Below are positions 16,270 to 26,186 of a DNA stretch of 64,000 bases, piece by piece. A model generated the notes under the pieces. It did not search any database. It was given only the letters and a program-made list of their open reading frames with translations, and had not been told where the DNA came from. Where the stretch lies: positions 7,092-71,091 of the forward strand of contig JAXDTI010000001.1 of assembly GCA_034090045.1 (NCBI GenBank), written 5' to 3'. Source of the stretch: Varibaculum sp. (GTDB taxonomy: Bacteria; Actinomycetota; Actinomycetes; Actinomycetales; Actinomycetaceae). A program made the position numbers and the translations under genes. Position 1 is the first letter of the stretch. Every line of letters begins with the position of its first letter.

Positions 16270-17477
16270 AGCGAGCCTCCTTCACTCTTTTCGGTGCCGG
16301 TTCCTGCCATTGTGTCTCTCCATCGTGGTGTCTGCACGGAGCGCAGTTGCCCGGATACGGTACGAAACAGTTCAATCGTTTCTATTTGTCCATCGGCATA
16401 GTTTCCGGTGACCTGTATTATCGAGTTGACTTCTCGACGCCCATCGGGTGCCTTTACCAAATTCACTACTAAATCGATTGACCTGGCGACCGAGGGAACC
16501 ACGAAGTCGCTGGTGACGTTGGGGCCGGCGAGCAGCGGCAGGGTACAGAGTTTGCCGAGGGCATCACGTGCGGAGTTTGCGTGTATGGTGGACATACACG
16601 AAACACCGGCGTTGGCGGCAATCAGCATGTCTAGGGATTCTTCGGCGCGAACCTCCCCGATGATTATGCGGTCGGGTCGCATCCGCAGTGTTTCTTTAAC
16701 GAGGGTTCGCAACGGGATTTCGCCGCTTCCTTCTATGGATGCCGGGCGGGTTTGCATGGCGACAACATCCCGATTTTGTAGCCGCAACTCAAAGACCTCT
16801 TCGCAGGTTACGATGCGTTGTGTCTGCGGTATTTCGCCCGCCAGGGCACGCAGCATCGTGGTTTTTCCGGCTTGGGTGGCACCGGAAGTGAGGATGTTTC
16901 GTCCCTGCCGCACCGCCTGCGCCAGGAACGCGGCAGCCTGTTGACTGAGCATTTCTCGCCCCACAAGTTCGGATAGGTTTTGGGCAGCGGCGACGTGTTT
17001 GCGGATATTCACAGCCCAGTGCTGTGCGGTGATGGGCGGTATCACAACGTGTAGCCGTTCCCCACCAGCGAGGGTCACATCGACGAACGGGTTGGCGAGG
17101 TCCAGGTGCCGGGATGATGCCCGCATCATGCGTTCCACCAGTTCGTGTACTTCCACTTCGGTGAGCATCGTGGTGGTCAGTTCGGGTACTCCACCGCGGG
17201 CGACAAACACTCGGGTTGGTTCATCTATCCAGATTTCTTCAATTCGCGGGTCGTCCATATAGGGTTGCAAAGCACCCAGCCCGCAAAACCTGTTTACCAC
17301 CTGCTTTACAGCGTCATTGGGGTTTTTAGGCAGCAGTGCCGGGTCACTGTGTCGCCACTGTGCTAGCACTTCGCCGGCGAGCGCGCTGACCCGCTGGGCA
17401 CTAACCTCCTCACCCGAATCGGATACGAGCAGCAGGGTTTTTACTTCCCGGTACAGCCGTTGTACTACCTCAGCCAT
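16263..17477 (-). CDS. tadA: Tad pilus secretion ATPase TadA/CpaF
   Basis: Walker A GATQAGKTT, Walker B-like DRIIIGEVR, and a His box (STIHANS). The ATG at 17477 has GGGAGG upstream. The track ORF starts 5 codons earlier. Confidence 0.9.
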   Translation of the reverse strand: MAEVVQRLYREVKTLLLVSDSGEEVSAQRVSALAGEVLAQWRHSDPALLPKNPNDAVKQVVNRFCGLGALQPYMDDPRIEEIWIDEPTRVFVARGGVPELTTTMLTEVEVHELVERMMRASSRHLDLANPFVDVTLAGGERLHVVIPPITAQHWAVNIRKHVAAAQNLSELVGREMLSQQAAAFLAQAVRQGRNILTSGATQAGKTTMLRALAGEIPQTQRIVTCEEVFELRLQNRDVVAMQTRPASIEGSGEIPLRTLVKETLRMRPDRIIIGEVRAEESLDMLIAANAGVSCMSTIHANSARDALGKLCTLPLLAGPNVTSDFVVPSVARSIDLVVNLVKAPDGRREVNSIIQVTGNYADGQIETIELFRTVSGQLRSVQTPRWRDTMAGTGTEKSEGGSLW

Positions 17478-17588
17478 TTCGCCTCCCAACAAAACGTGCT
17501 ACCAGTAAACTACGTGATTTCGCCGGTTAATCTGGTTTAGCGTGCCGACAGGTGAGATTTATAGGTTCCGAATCGGTGTTGAACGGCA

Positions 17589-18695
17589 GTGCCTCCCGGT
17601 GTGTCCGGGGTTTTTTACTACCTTGGAACTGTGAATGATTCCGCACTGCAATTAGCTGCCCTTGCGACTGCTGCCATCCCTGGGCTGAATGTTGTCGATA
17701 CCTATAACGCTACTGTCAGCCACGATGACACTGTCGCTACCGGTCTTGTTTCTGTTGGCGGGGATCGCCTTGTCGTGTTGTTGCCGCAGACTGAGGTGGC
17801 CGGCGAGAACCTGGACAGGCACGCCCGCTTGCTGGTGAATCTGGATCGTCGGCATCGCGTGGGGGGACTGCCGTTTGCGGTTCCGGTGCCGATCGGGGCG
17901 CAGAAACTCCCTGATGGGCGGCGCGCTATCGTTTACCGGGATTTGCCTGGACGACAGTTGGAGACCTCAGAGGTGAGGCGTCACACAGCGGAGATTGCGG
18001 ATGTTTTAGCGGCGATACACGGCTTGCCGACGCGACTGATCGAGCAGGCAGAATTGCTTTCCGCGAGCGCCAGCGACCTCCGTAAGGAGGCTTTTTCGCA
18101 GCTGAACCAGGCGAAACGTCACTACCCTTTTCGTCCGGTGCTGCTCAATCACCTGAACCGTGGCTTGGAGAATGATTCGCTGTGGGATTTCGACCCGACC
18201 GTGATTCACGGGAACCTGGATGCGGATTCTTTCCGTGTCGATGGTGGCTCACTGGTTGGGGTTGGTGATTTCAACAGTATGCGGGTTTCTGACCCGGCAC
18301 GTGACTTCGTGTGGATGATGGATGTGCTATCTGATAAGCAGATTGATGGGCTGCTCACCCGCTATGCGGCAAAGGTCGGGAGACAGGATGATTCTCTGGG
18401 TGAACGAATCAGCTTTTGGACGGAGTTTGGGATTGTCGAGTGGCTGCTTTACGGGGTGGAACGCGATGATGCAGATATATGCTCGGAAGCGGTTGAAATG
18501 CTCGATTACTTGGAGGCAGCAGTCGCAGAAGAGCACACCGCAGCAGGTGAGACGCGGTATAGGGACGAGAGTCGTAGCGGCGGTACGCGTCGGGGTGACG
18601 CTGGCTTCGGCGGGCACCGTCCGGGGTCTTTCAACCCTGATTCTGATGATACGCAAACCGAGGCTATTTCGACCCAGCCGACCCTATTGAATTAA
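17589..18695 (+). CDS. Phosphotransferase enzyme family protein (APH/choline-kinase-like fold)
   Basis: Contains VIHGNLDADSFRV...GVGDFNSMRVSDPARDF, the Brenner/APH catalytic loop and DFx motif, with a disordered R/G-rich tail. The start is uncertain. Confidence 0.68.
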   Translation: MPPGVSGVFYYLGTVNDSALQLAALATAAIPGLNVVDTYNATVSHDDTVATGLVSVGGDRLVVLLPQTEVAGENLDRHARLLVNLDRRHRVGGLPFAVPVPIGAQKLPDGRRAIVYRDLPGRQLETSEVRRHTAEIADVLAAIHGLPTRLIEQAELLSASASDLRKEAFSQLNQAKRHYPFRPVLLNHLNRGLENDSLWDFDPTVIHGNLDADSFRVDGGSLVGVGDFNSMRVSDPARDFVWMMDVLSDKQIDGLLTRYAAKVGRQDDSLGERISFWTEFGIVEWLLYGVERDDADICSEAVEMLDYLEAAVAEEHTAAGETRYRDESRSGGTRRGDAGFGGHRPGSFNPDSDDTQTEAISTQPTLLN

Positions 18696-18878
18696 CTGAG
18701 GAATAGCAGGAGCACTCACTGTTTCGGGTCGGTGTGTGCGCCCGGTACTATATGCGACTGCCCGGAGCCAGGTTGCGGTCAACCTGGGCGAATGGGCGCG
18801 GCTACAAGCAGTCCAGGATGTTGCTGCCCGGCTGGATGACCGTAGCCTGTTGAATACCCGGGTGACCCTCATAGATAA

Positions 18879-18902
18879 AAACACCCCAAATCTGGGGTGT
18901 TT
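18879..18902 (-). terminator. Rho-independent terminator downstream of tRNA-Lys (potentially bidirectional)
   Basis: AAACACCCCA-AATC-TGGGGTGTTT stem-loop, followed on the minus strand by TTTTAT. Confidence 0.6.
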
Positions 18903-18919
18903 ATGCTGGTCAAATACTG

Positions 18920-18993
18920 TACGCCACCGGGGACTCGAACCCCGAACCCTCTGATTAAGAGTCAGATGCTCTAGCCAGTTGAGCTAGTGGCGC
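18920..18993 (-). tRNA. tRNA-Lys (anticodon CTT)
   Basis: The reverse strand reads GCGCCACTAGCTCAACTGGCTAGAGCATCTGACTCTTAATCAGAGGGTTCGGGGTTCGAGTCCCCGGTGGCGTA. It folds as a cloverleaf with anticodon loop CTCTTAA and T-loop TTCGAGT. CCA is not encoded. Confidence 0.87.
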
Positions 18994-19100
18994 TTCGCCT
19001 CTCGGCACCAGAAAACTCTACTGCCTAGCCCTTTACTATTGCAAATAATGGCACCCAGGCGGCAGTTGGCGGATAATTGTTGCAAAACCCGAGGAGGATT

Positions 19101-19694
19101 ATGGACGACCCAGAACCCACGACCCACACTTACCGTGGTTTAGCTACGGCACTGGCGGCGCTGTCGCTGGTTGGCACCGTGGCTTCCGCCATGCTTCTCA
19201 AAACTGAGCTAGCCTATACCGCCAATCCTGGAATCGAACCATCCTGCAATATAAATGCGCTGGTAGGATGCACAAGTTCGATGTCTTCATCGCAGGGTCA
19301 CCTCTTTGGGGTACCGAATTCGGTGTTGGGGGTTATCGGTTACGGAGCGCTCACGCTAGTGATGTTGGTGGCTTTGCTACGCGGACGGTTGCAGCGTTGG
19401 ATGTGGGTCGGGGTGAGTGCCGGCGCGACACTCGCAATGATATGGGTCGTGTGGTTCCTGTACCTGTCGGTGACTGTCTTCCACACGCTCTGCCCGTATT
19501 GCATGGTGATTTGGGCGGTCACTATCCCGGTATTTCTGCTGGCGATTGCGCACACACTGTACCTGTATGACATTCGTAGCTCGTTCGCACTCTTTTTAAT
19601 TGAGCAGCGCTACCTCCTGATAGTGCTGGTTTACCTGATTGTCGCGGTGGTTGCGCTGGTCGGGCTGCGCGATAAACTCGTGCTGCTTTTTTGA
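19101..19694 (+). CDS. Vitamin K epoxide reductase (VKOR) family membrane protein
   Basis: A loop cysteine pair (PSCNINALVGC) and a CPYC redox motif in a TM helix. GAGGAGG lies before the ATG at 19101. Confidence 0.8.
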   Translation: MDDPEPTTHTYRGLATALAALSLVGTVASAMLLKTELAYTANPGIEPSCNINALVGCTSSMSSSQGHLFGVPNSVLGVIGYGALTLVMLVALLRGRLQRWMWVGVSAGATLAMIWVVWFLYLSVTVFHTLCPYCMVIWAVTIPVFLLAIAHTLYLYDIRSSFALFLIEQRYLLIVLVYLIVAVVALVGLRDKLVLLF

Positions 19695-19705
19695 AGCTAT
19701 ATAGG

Positions 19706-20098
19706 CTACAGCACGGCGCGAATCTTCTCGGCTTCGGTTGCGAGCTGTTGTGGCGTTGCAGGTCGGGCACCCGCGAAACTGAGCTGCCCCTGTTCCTCCA
19801 AGGCGACCAGGTGAATATGCAGGTGCGGCACGTCAAACCCGGCAACCATCAGCCCCACCCGCTTGGCCTGCGGATATGCGGTGAGCAGCGCCCGCGACAT
19901 GGCTTGGGCAACCTCGTTCATATGTGTCCACACTGCGGCGGGCGCATCCCAATAGTTCTCGTATTCTTCCACCGGCACGACCAGCAGATGCCCCGGCGTT
20001 ATCGGCTCGATTGAGAGGAACACCACACACACTTCGTCGCGATACACGAAAGTACCGGGCAGTTCCCCGTTTATGATTTTACTGAACACTGTGGCCAT
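19706..20098 (-). CDS. HIT (histidine triad) family protein
   Basis: Contains MATVFSKIINGELPG... and the HLHIHLV histidine triad. Confidence 0.9.
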   Translation of the reverse strand: MATVFSKIINGELPGTFVYRDEVCVVFLSIEPITPGHLLVVPVEEYENYWDAPAAVWTHMNEVAQAMSRALLTAYPQAKRVGLMVAGFDVPHLHIHLVALEEQGQLSFAGARPATPQQLATEAEKIRAVL

Positions 20099-20238
20099 GG
20101 CTGTCTCCTAACCTTTAAAACTGTTCCTCGCCGTCGCTGAGACCCAATTGAGATGATAAGGGTTTTTGAGCGCCTTTGCGTTAATCTGGAATACGGCAGA
20201 AAACAAGTCACTTGACTGGATTTACAGGACTATTCGAG

Positions 20239-23130
20239 ATGAGTAACGAGCAGACGAAAAATCAGGTAACCCCGTATCGCTATGACGCGGAGGTCGCGAA
20301 CCGGATCGAATCCAAATGGCAGGAAATCTGGGAAAAGTCCGGCGCATTCAACGCCGATAACCCCAGTGGCAACCTGGCCGGTCCACTGGCGGAACGCGAC
20401 CCGTTCTTCCTGCTCGACATGTTCCCTTACCCCTCCGGGAAGGGGCTGCACGTGGGGCATCCGCTGGGGTATATCGCCACCGACGTGATTGCCCGCTATC
20501 AACGTATGCGCGGTAAGAACGTGCTCTATACCCTCGGCTATGACGCTTTCGGTCTGCCGGCGGAACAGTACGCGCTCCAGACCGGGCAGCATCCGCGCAT
20601 CACCACGGAAGAAAACATTGCGAATATGCGCAGCCAGTTGCGCCGCATCGGACTTTCACACGATTCACGCCGTTCTTTTGCGACCACTGACGATGACTAT
20701 GTGCGCTGGACACAGTGGATTTTCCTGCAAATTTTCAATTCCTGGTATGACCCTCAAGCGCCGAATCGAGATGGTGGTACAGGTTCCGCCCGCCCGATTT
20801 CAGAACTGATCGAGAAGTTTGCTGCCGGCGAGATGACCCCCGAGGAGGGCCCATGGGCGCAACTATCTGCGCGCCAACGTGAGGAGGTTTTGGGTCGGTA
20901 TCGCCTGGCCTATGCCTCGGAGGCTCCCGTCAACTGGTGTCCCGGACTGGGTACGGTGTTGGCGAATGAGGAGGTAACTGCGGAGGGCCGCAGTGAACGC
21001 GGCAACTTCCCAGTGTTCAAGTCGCGGCTGCGGCAGTGGATGATGCGTATCACCGCTTACGCGGATCGGCTGATCGATGACCTGGAAGCGATTGACTGGC
21101 CAGAAAAGGTGCGTTCGATGCAGCGGCATTGGATCGGTCGCTCCACGGGCGCGGCCGTTGATTTCCGGGTGCCTGCTGACGCGGCGACAGGGCTGAACGA
21201 GCAGACACTTGAGGTGTTCACTACCCGCCCCGACACTCTCTTTGGCGCGACCTTTATGGTGGTTTCTCCGGAGCATCCTCTGCTGTCTGAACTGGATAAA
21301 CTACCTGCTGAATGGCCGGATGGGACGCGCGACGCCTGGCGTGGTGCCCACTCCGATCCGAGGAGCGCGGTTGCCGCCTATAAGGCTGAGGCGGCTGCGA
21401 AAACTGAGATGGAGCGCGCCGAGAATGCCGGTGAAAAGACCGGCGTGTTCACTGGCCTGTTTGCCGATAACCCGGTGAATGGTGCTCGCATCCCGGTGTT
21501 CACTGCGGACTATGTTTTGATGGGTTACGGCACTGGCGCGATTATGGCGGTTCCAGCACACGACGAGCGTGACTGGGATTTCGCTAAAGCCTTTGACCTG
21601 GACATTATCACGACGATTACTCCGCCTGAGGATTGGCCGGGCACTGAGGCCTGGACCGGTGACGGCGTGATCATGAACTCGGCTAATGACCGGATCAGTC
21701 TCAACGGTATGGATAAGTCCACCGCTATTGCCACCATGTTGGATTGGTTGGGCGAGGTCGGAATAGGCAGCAAGCAGATCAACTATCGTCTGCGTGACTG
21801 GCTGTTTTCGCGGCAGCGCTATTGGGGTGAGCCTTTCCCGGTGGTTTATGACACCGACGGTGTGGTGCACGCGCTGCCCGAGTCAATGCTGCCGGTGACA
21901 TTGCCGGAAATGGATGATTTCAACCCGCGTACTTTCGACCCTGATGATGCGGACTCACAACCTGAACCGCCGTTGGGCAAGGCTGAGGAGTGGATGCATA
22001 TTCGCCTGGATTTGGGTGACGGCGAGCAGGAGTACACGCGTGAGGCCAACACTATGCCCAACTGGGCGGGCTCGTGCTGGTATGAGATTCGCTATACGGA
22101 TCCGGATTGTTCAGACGCGGTTTCGGCACCGGAGAATGAGCAGTACTGGATGGGGGCGCGCCCTGGGAACTCCACCGGCGGCACGGATCTGTATGTGGGG
22201 GGCGTGGAGCACGCGGTACTGCACCTGCTCTATGCGCGGTTCTGGCAGAAAGTCCTGTATGACCTGGGGTTTGTCTCGACTTCGGAGCCTTTCCATAAAC
22301 TGTTCAACCAGGGCTATGTGCAGGCCTATGCGTATACCGATGCGCGCGGGGCGTATGTGCCAGCCGACGAGGTTGAGGGTGACGAGGAACACGGTTTCAC
22401 CTGGCATGGGGAACCGGTGAACCGGGAATACGGCAAGATGGGCAAGTCACTGAAGAATATCGTCACCCCCGATGAGATGTGCGCGGTCTATGGTGCCGAC
22501 ACTTTCCGCCTCTATGAGATGAGCATGGGGCCCCTCGATATGTCGCGGCCTTGGGAGACGCGCGCGGTGGTTGGTTCACAGCGTTTCCTGCAGCGGCTGT
22601 GGCGCAACGTGGTTTCGGAGGAGACCGGCGAATGCACGGTTACGGATGCGCCCATGGATTTGGCGACAGCGAAACTGGTGGCACGCACTATTCACGAGGT
22701 CACTGAGGAATACGACAATATGCGCGTGAACACGGCGATCTCGAAGATGATTGTGCTGAATAACTATATGGTGTCCCTGCCTGAGGTGCCGAGGGAGGCA
22801 GCGGAGGCACTGGTTCTGATGTTGGCTCCGGTCGCGCCGCATATCGCCGAGGAGCTGTGGGCCGCGCTTGGGCATTCACAGTCGCTGACGCGCGAACCGT
22901 TCCCGGTGGTCACGGATCCGGAACTGCTCAAGGCAGATGAGGTGACTTGCGTGGTACAGGTTAATGGCAAGGTTCGTCACCGCCTGCAGGTAGACCCGGA
23001 AATTGATCCGGCTGAACTGGAGAGACTAGCACTCGTCACCGACCCGGTGGTAAAGGCTCTGGGTGGTGGGGAACCTATAAAGGTAATCGTGCGCGCCCCC
23101 AAACTCGTCAACGTGGTGGTCCCCAAGTAG
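20239..23130 (+). CDS. leuS: Leucine--tRNA ligase
   Basis: Class I motifs HVGH (LHVGHPLGY) and KMGKS are present, and the length and domain order are typical of bacterial LeuS. The start is chosen at MSNEQTK. Confidence 0.96.
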   Translation: MSNEQTKNQVTPYRYDAEVANRIESKWQEIWEKSGAFNADNPSGNLAGPLAERDPFFLLDMFPYPSGKGLHVGHPLGYIATDVIARYQRMRGKNVLYTLGYDAFGLPAEQYALQTGQHPRITTEENIANMRSQLRRIGLSHDSRRSFATTDDDYVRWTQWIFLQIFNSWYDPQAPNRDGGTGSARPISELIEKFAAGEMTPEEGPWAQLSARQREEVLGRYRLAYASEAPVNWCPGLGTVLANEEVTAEGRSERGNFPVFKSRLRQWMMRITAYADRLIDDLEAIDWPEKVRSMQRHWIGRSTGAAVDFRVPADAATGLNEQTLEVFTTRPDTLFGATFMVVSPEHPLLSELDKLPAEWPDGTRDAWRGAHSDPRSAVAAYKAEAAAKTEMERAENAGEKTGVFTGLFADNPVNGARIPVFTADYVLMGYGTGAIMAVPAHDERDWDFAKAFDLDIITTITPPEDWPGTEAWTGDGVIMNSANDRISLNGMDKSTAIATMLDWLGEVGIGSKQINYRLRDWLFSRQRYWGEPFPVVYDTDGVVHALPESMLPVTLPEMDDFNPRTFDPDDADSQPEPPLGKAEEWMHIRLDLGDGEQEYTREANTMPNWAGSCWYEIRYTDPDCSDAVSAPENEQYWMGARPGNSTGGTDLYVGGVEHAVLHLLYARFWQKVLYDLGFVSTSEPFHKLFNQGYVQAYAYTDARGAYVPADEVEGDEEHGFTWHGEPVNREYGKMGKSLKNIVTPDEMCAVYGADTFRLYEMSMGPLDMSRPWETRAVVGSQRFLQRLWRNVVSEETGECTVTDAPMDLATAKLVARTIHEVTEEYDNMRVNTAISKMIVLNNYMVSLPEVPREAAEALVLMLAPVAPHIAEELWAALGHSQSLTREPFPVVTDPELLKADEVTCVVQVNGKVRHRLQVDPEIDPAELERLALVTDPVVKALGGGEPIKVIVRAPKLVNVVVPK

Positions 23131-23180
23131 CGCCTAGGCGTTCTTGTCGTTCACTTGCGCGAGACATCAGTAGCGTCAAT

Positions 23181-23561
23181 TTATTGCACTATTTCTTTGC
23201 CGGTGGCGTTCGCAGCGGTTTGCATGGAGCCGAGACTTGCCACATCGTTAAATCCCGTATCCTTCATCAACTGTTCGGCCTGACCGGCGCGCGAACCGGA
23301 ACGGCAGTACAGGCGATACTGTTTGTTTCTGTCGAGTTGGCTAACCTGCTCAACGAAATCGGGCGCGTAGAAATCAATGTTCTGCGCGCCCTCCAGGTGC
23401 CCGCCCGCATATTCTTCCGGTGTGCGAACATCAACGATCACGGCATCCGCGCTGGTCTCCGGCATCTCGCCGCAGGCGCTCAAGGTGCCGAGTGCGAAAA
23501 CAACGCCAACAATTAAAGCGGATGCGGCGAGAACTCGTCGCAAAGAAAAACCGTGAACCAT
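23181..23561 (-). CDS. Rhodanese-domain lipoprotein
   Basis: Lipobox LGTLSAC followed by a rhodanese fold (VIVDVRTPEEYAGGH...YRLYCRSGSRAG active-site loop). Only the last 126 codons of the 248-aa track ORF look genuine. Confidence 0.8.
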   Translation of the reverse strand: MVHGFSLRRVLAASALIVGVVFALGTLSACGEMPETSADAVIVDVRTPEEYAGGHLEGAQNIDFYAPDFVEQVSQLDRNKQYRLYCRSGSRAGQAEQLMKDTGFNDVASLGSMQTAANATGKEIVQ

Positions 23562-23621
23562 ACCCCACAGGGTATCAGTCTCTTTGGGTTTTCGCCTCCG
23601 CGATGGCGCTAGGGTTGAGGT

Positions 23622-24053
23622 ATGAACGTGGATTTGCCGGTGGTTGACGTGGTGGCGGCGCTGATTGTAAGAGATGGGCGAGTGCTGGCCACTGAGCGCG
23701 GCTATGGAGAATGGCGCGGCTGGTGGGAGTTCCCAGGTGGCAAGATTGAGCCGGGCGAGAGTCCCCGCGCGGCGCTCATCCGGGAGATCCGTGAGGAACT
23801 GGCTGTCGAAATCGAGATCGGTCGCGAATTCGGAACAGTTGATTGGGATTACCCTCAGTTCCATCTGCATATGCGCTGCTACTGGGCGAAGCTTAGCGCG
23901 GGCGCTCACCCCGAATTGCTGGAACACGATGCGGCGCGTTGGCTGGATGCCGGCGAACTGGAGACCGTGAAGTGGCTACCTGCAGACCGCAAGATGCTGC
24001 CCCATATTGCCCGTCAGCTCCACGACTGGCGTCCATTCGCCCCCTTGTTCTAG
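23622..24053 (+). CDS. NUDIX hydrolase (MutT/8-oxo-dGTPase-like)
   Basis: Nudix box GGKIEPGESPRAALIREIREELAV. Confidence 0.86.
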   Translation: MNVDLPVVDVVAALIVRDGRVLATERGYGEWRGWWEFPGGKIEPGESPRAALIREIREELAVEIEIGREFGTVDWDYPQFHLHMRCYWAKLSAGAHPELLEHDAARWLDAGELETVKWLPADRKMLPHIARQLHDWRPFAPLF

Positions 24054-24174
24054 CCCGACCCTGGCATCCCCGTGCACAAAACAGGACATTTTGCGCAGAG
24101 ATCCTCAAAACACGCGCTTTATTGTCAAAAACACCAGTTTTGTGCACGGATCGGTCAAACCATTCACCAAGACG

Positions 24175-24214
24175 CAACCCGGTCATAGAGGCGTGCGACA
24201 TGGCCGGTGGCTTT
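24175..24214. repeat. Left 40-bp direct repeat of the bcp island (remnant of the ancestral bcp 3' end)
   Basis: CAACCCGGTCATAGAGGCGTGCGACATGGCCGGTGGCTTT is 39/40 identical to 28395-28434. Confidence 0.95.
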
Positions 24215-24226
24215 GGTATTTCTTTC

Positions 24227-25402
24227 TTAATTAAGAAGGATTGTTTCTTTACTAAAAATGCGAGAAAGCAGAAACATGCCAAGAAATGCGACTATCAGAT
24301 TTATAATAACTGTGATTAAAATGGCTATCCAATCCATTTCAAATGAAAAAATATCTATTATCACCAAGACTGTGTTGTATATTGGCACAAGAAAAGCTTT
24401 GTAACCTTGCTCAACCGCACGATTGAACATTCCTAATAAGCCGATCGCCATAACAACCACCATTACAGGGGTTAGAAACATCTGGGCTTCACGAGTGCCG
24501 CTACAAAAACTAGACACTATCATTATTGCCATCACGAATATAAAGGTGGCGCTGAGCACAACCAACATCAACGCTAGATACTCAATAGGGGAATATTCAC
24601 CCAATGCCATTTTTTGCCCTACGACTGCCGGCAATGCTGCAAGCACACCAGTGACACTGGAAACAGCAATAGCAATACCCAAACTCGCACAAGCGAGAAC
24701 TTTCCCCAAAACTACGCTACTTCGCCTTACAGGACTGACCAGAATAGCCATAAGCGTTCCGCGCTCTTTTTCTCCGGCAATGGTTTCTGCAGTTACTGCC
24801 ATTGTTCCAGAAAAAATTAGCGTTAGTATTAGAAATGGTAGAAAAGAAACCGAGGAGCTACTTGTTTTATCGGCGCTTGTAGCCAAGTCATAGCGATAGT
24901 CTCTTGACCCATTAACAGTAAAGAGGTTAGCAATCGACATTTCATACGTGTTTAGAATCTGGGAAATAGCGTCATACGCATATATGGATTTCTCCACAGT
25001 AGAGTTATAGTAAATGCCTATTTCTGGAGGGATTTGTCCACTCTCAACCCGATCTCTGTTGAAAAACACTCTCTCAGAGAAGTCATTGGGAAATACAAGA
25101 TACGCATCTACGCTGCTATCTTTAATGCTTGTATACATGGTCTTGTAGCTTGGCAATTTGGTGATTTCTTTGAAAGAAACATGTGTTGTATCTGCTAAAT
25201 TGCCCAAAAACTCAGGTTGATTTACAACCCCGATGGTTGAAGACGATAACTGTTCCTGTTTCTGTTCAAAAGCATCGCCCATGATTGTCCAGGTAGCGTA
25301 AATAAGAATCCCCGGTAACAATAATGACAGAAATGCAGGTATTCTTCGTGCAAAAAAACGTTTAAGCTCTTTACAAAAAATAATCCAAGCGTCAATTAGC
25401 AT
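24227..25402 (-). CDS. ABC-2 type transporter permease (NatB-like)
   Basis: 391 aa from the ATG at 25402 (GGGAGG upstream, 1 nt after the ATPase stop). TM1, a large extracytoplasmic loop, then 5 C-terminal TM helices. Confidence 0.8.
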   Translation of the reverse strand: MLIDAWIIFCKELKRFFARRIPAFLSLLLPGILIYATWTIMGDAFEQKQEQLSSSTIGVVNQPEFLGNLADTTHVSFKEITKLPSYKTMYTSIKDSSVDAYLVFPNDFSERVFFNRDRVESGQIPPEIGIYYNSTVEKSIYAYDAISQILNTYEMSIANLFTVNGSRDYRYDLATSADKTSSSSVSFLPFLILTLIFSGTMAVTAETIAGEKERGTLMAILVSPVRRSSVVLGKVLACASLGIAIAVSSVTGVLAALPAVVGQKMALGEYSPIEYLALMLVVLSATFIFVMAIMIVSSFCSGTREAQMFLTPVMVVVMAIGLLGMFNRAVEQGYKAFLVPIYNTVLVIIDIFSFEMDWIAILITVIINLIVAFLGMFLLSRIFSKETILLN

Positions 25403-25403
25403 T

Positions 25404-26186
25404 TTATTGCCTCCCGTTTCTCTCGTAAATATCAAAGAAAAGCTTCTCGAGAGATTCATTGGCGCATAACCTGGAACAGTTACCTGAAATCTGCAAGCTA
25501 CCCGCAAGAAGAATTCCTATGCTGTCACAAACTTTTTCGACCACATCAAACATATGGGTTGAAAGCAGAATTGTCTTACCCTCGGCTTTCAGTTGCATCA
25601 TAAAATCAGTAATAACTTTTCCTGATACTATATCCAGACCATTAGTTGGTTCGTCGAAAATAATCACATCAGGATTGTGAGCTAATGAAACAGCCAGGGA
25701 GGTTTTTTGCTTCATTCCAGTAGACAAATCACCTAGTCTAGTATGCGCAAATTTGTCTATTCCTAACAGTTGAAACAATTGCTCTTTGTGTCTCTGCGAT
25801 GAGTCACGAGAGACATGATACAACCGAGATGATAAATCAAAGAGATAGTCTGGTGTAAAAACTTCATCAAGCTTTAAATCATTTGTTAGAAAACCTATTT
25901 TGCTTCTCACTCTTGACGGATTCTCGAGTATCGATACACCATCTATGAAAGCATTTCCGCTATCGGGGCGTATTAACGTAGCTAGCATTCTGAGAGTAGT
26001 AGTTTTACCGGCACCATTGGGTCCCAGTAACCCATATATTTCTCCTTTTTGCACAGTAAAGGAGAGGCTATCGACAGCCGTGAACTCTTTAGATGCAGTA
26101 CTCTTATCTCGCTGTTCCTTGCGAGATAGTCTGTATTTTTTTGTGAGCGCGTATAGTTCTATAGCGTTATCGCTCATCATCGACAT
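25404..26186 (-). CDS. ABC transporter ATP-binding protein (NatA-like)
   Basis: Walker A GPNGAGKTT, signature LSTGM, Walker B IIFDEP, H-loop STH. The start is approximate (MSMMSDN). Confidence 0.88.
   Translation of the reverse strand: MSMMSDNAIELYALTKKYRLSRKEQRDKSTASKEFTAVDSLSFTVQKGEIYGLLGPNGAGKTTTLRMLATLIRPDSGNAFIDGVSILENPSRVRSKIGFLTNDLKLDEVFTPDYLFDLSSRLYHVSRDSSQRHKEQLFQLLGIDKFAHTRLGDLSTGMKQKTSLAVSLAHNPDVIIFDEPTNGLDIVSGKVITDFMMQLKAEGKTILLSTHMFDVVEKVCDSIGILLAGSLQISGNCSRLCANESLEKLFFDIYERNGRQ

Noticed and set aside
18696-18878. Small ORFs (66-72 aa) between the kinase gene and tRNA-Lys
   Set aside because: They are Arg-rich, overlap on both strands and have no SD. The region is more likely non-coding. 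An sRNA cannot be excluded, but nothing specific supports one.
20099-20238. T-box or attenuator upstream of leuS
   Set aside because: There is no T-box sequence and no specifier/antiterminator architecture. The region is too short and shows no obvious terminator.
23562-23927. N-terminal 122 codons of the 248-aa track ORF (23181-23927)
   Set aside because: This part is antisense to the NUDIX gene start and its promoter. The rhodanese lipoprotein clearly begins at the ATG at 23561 with a signal peptide and lipobox.
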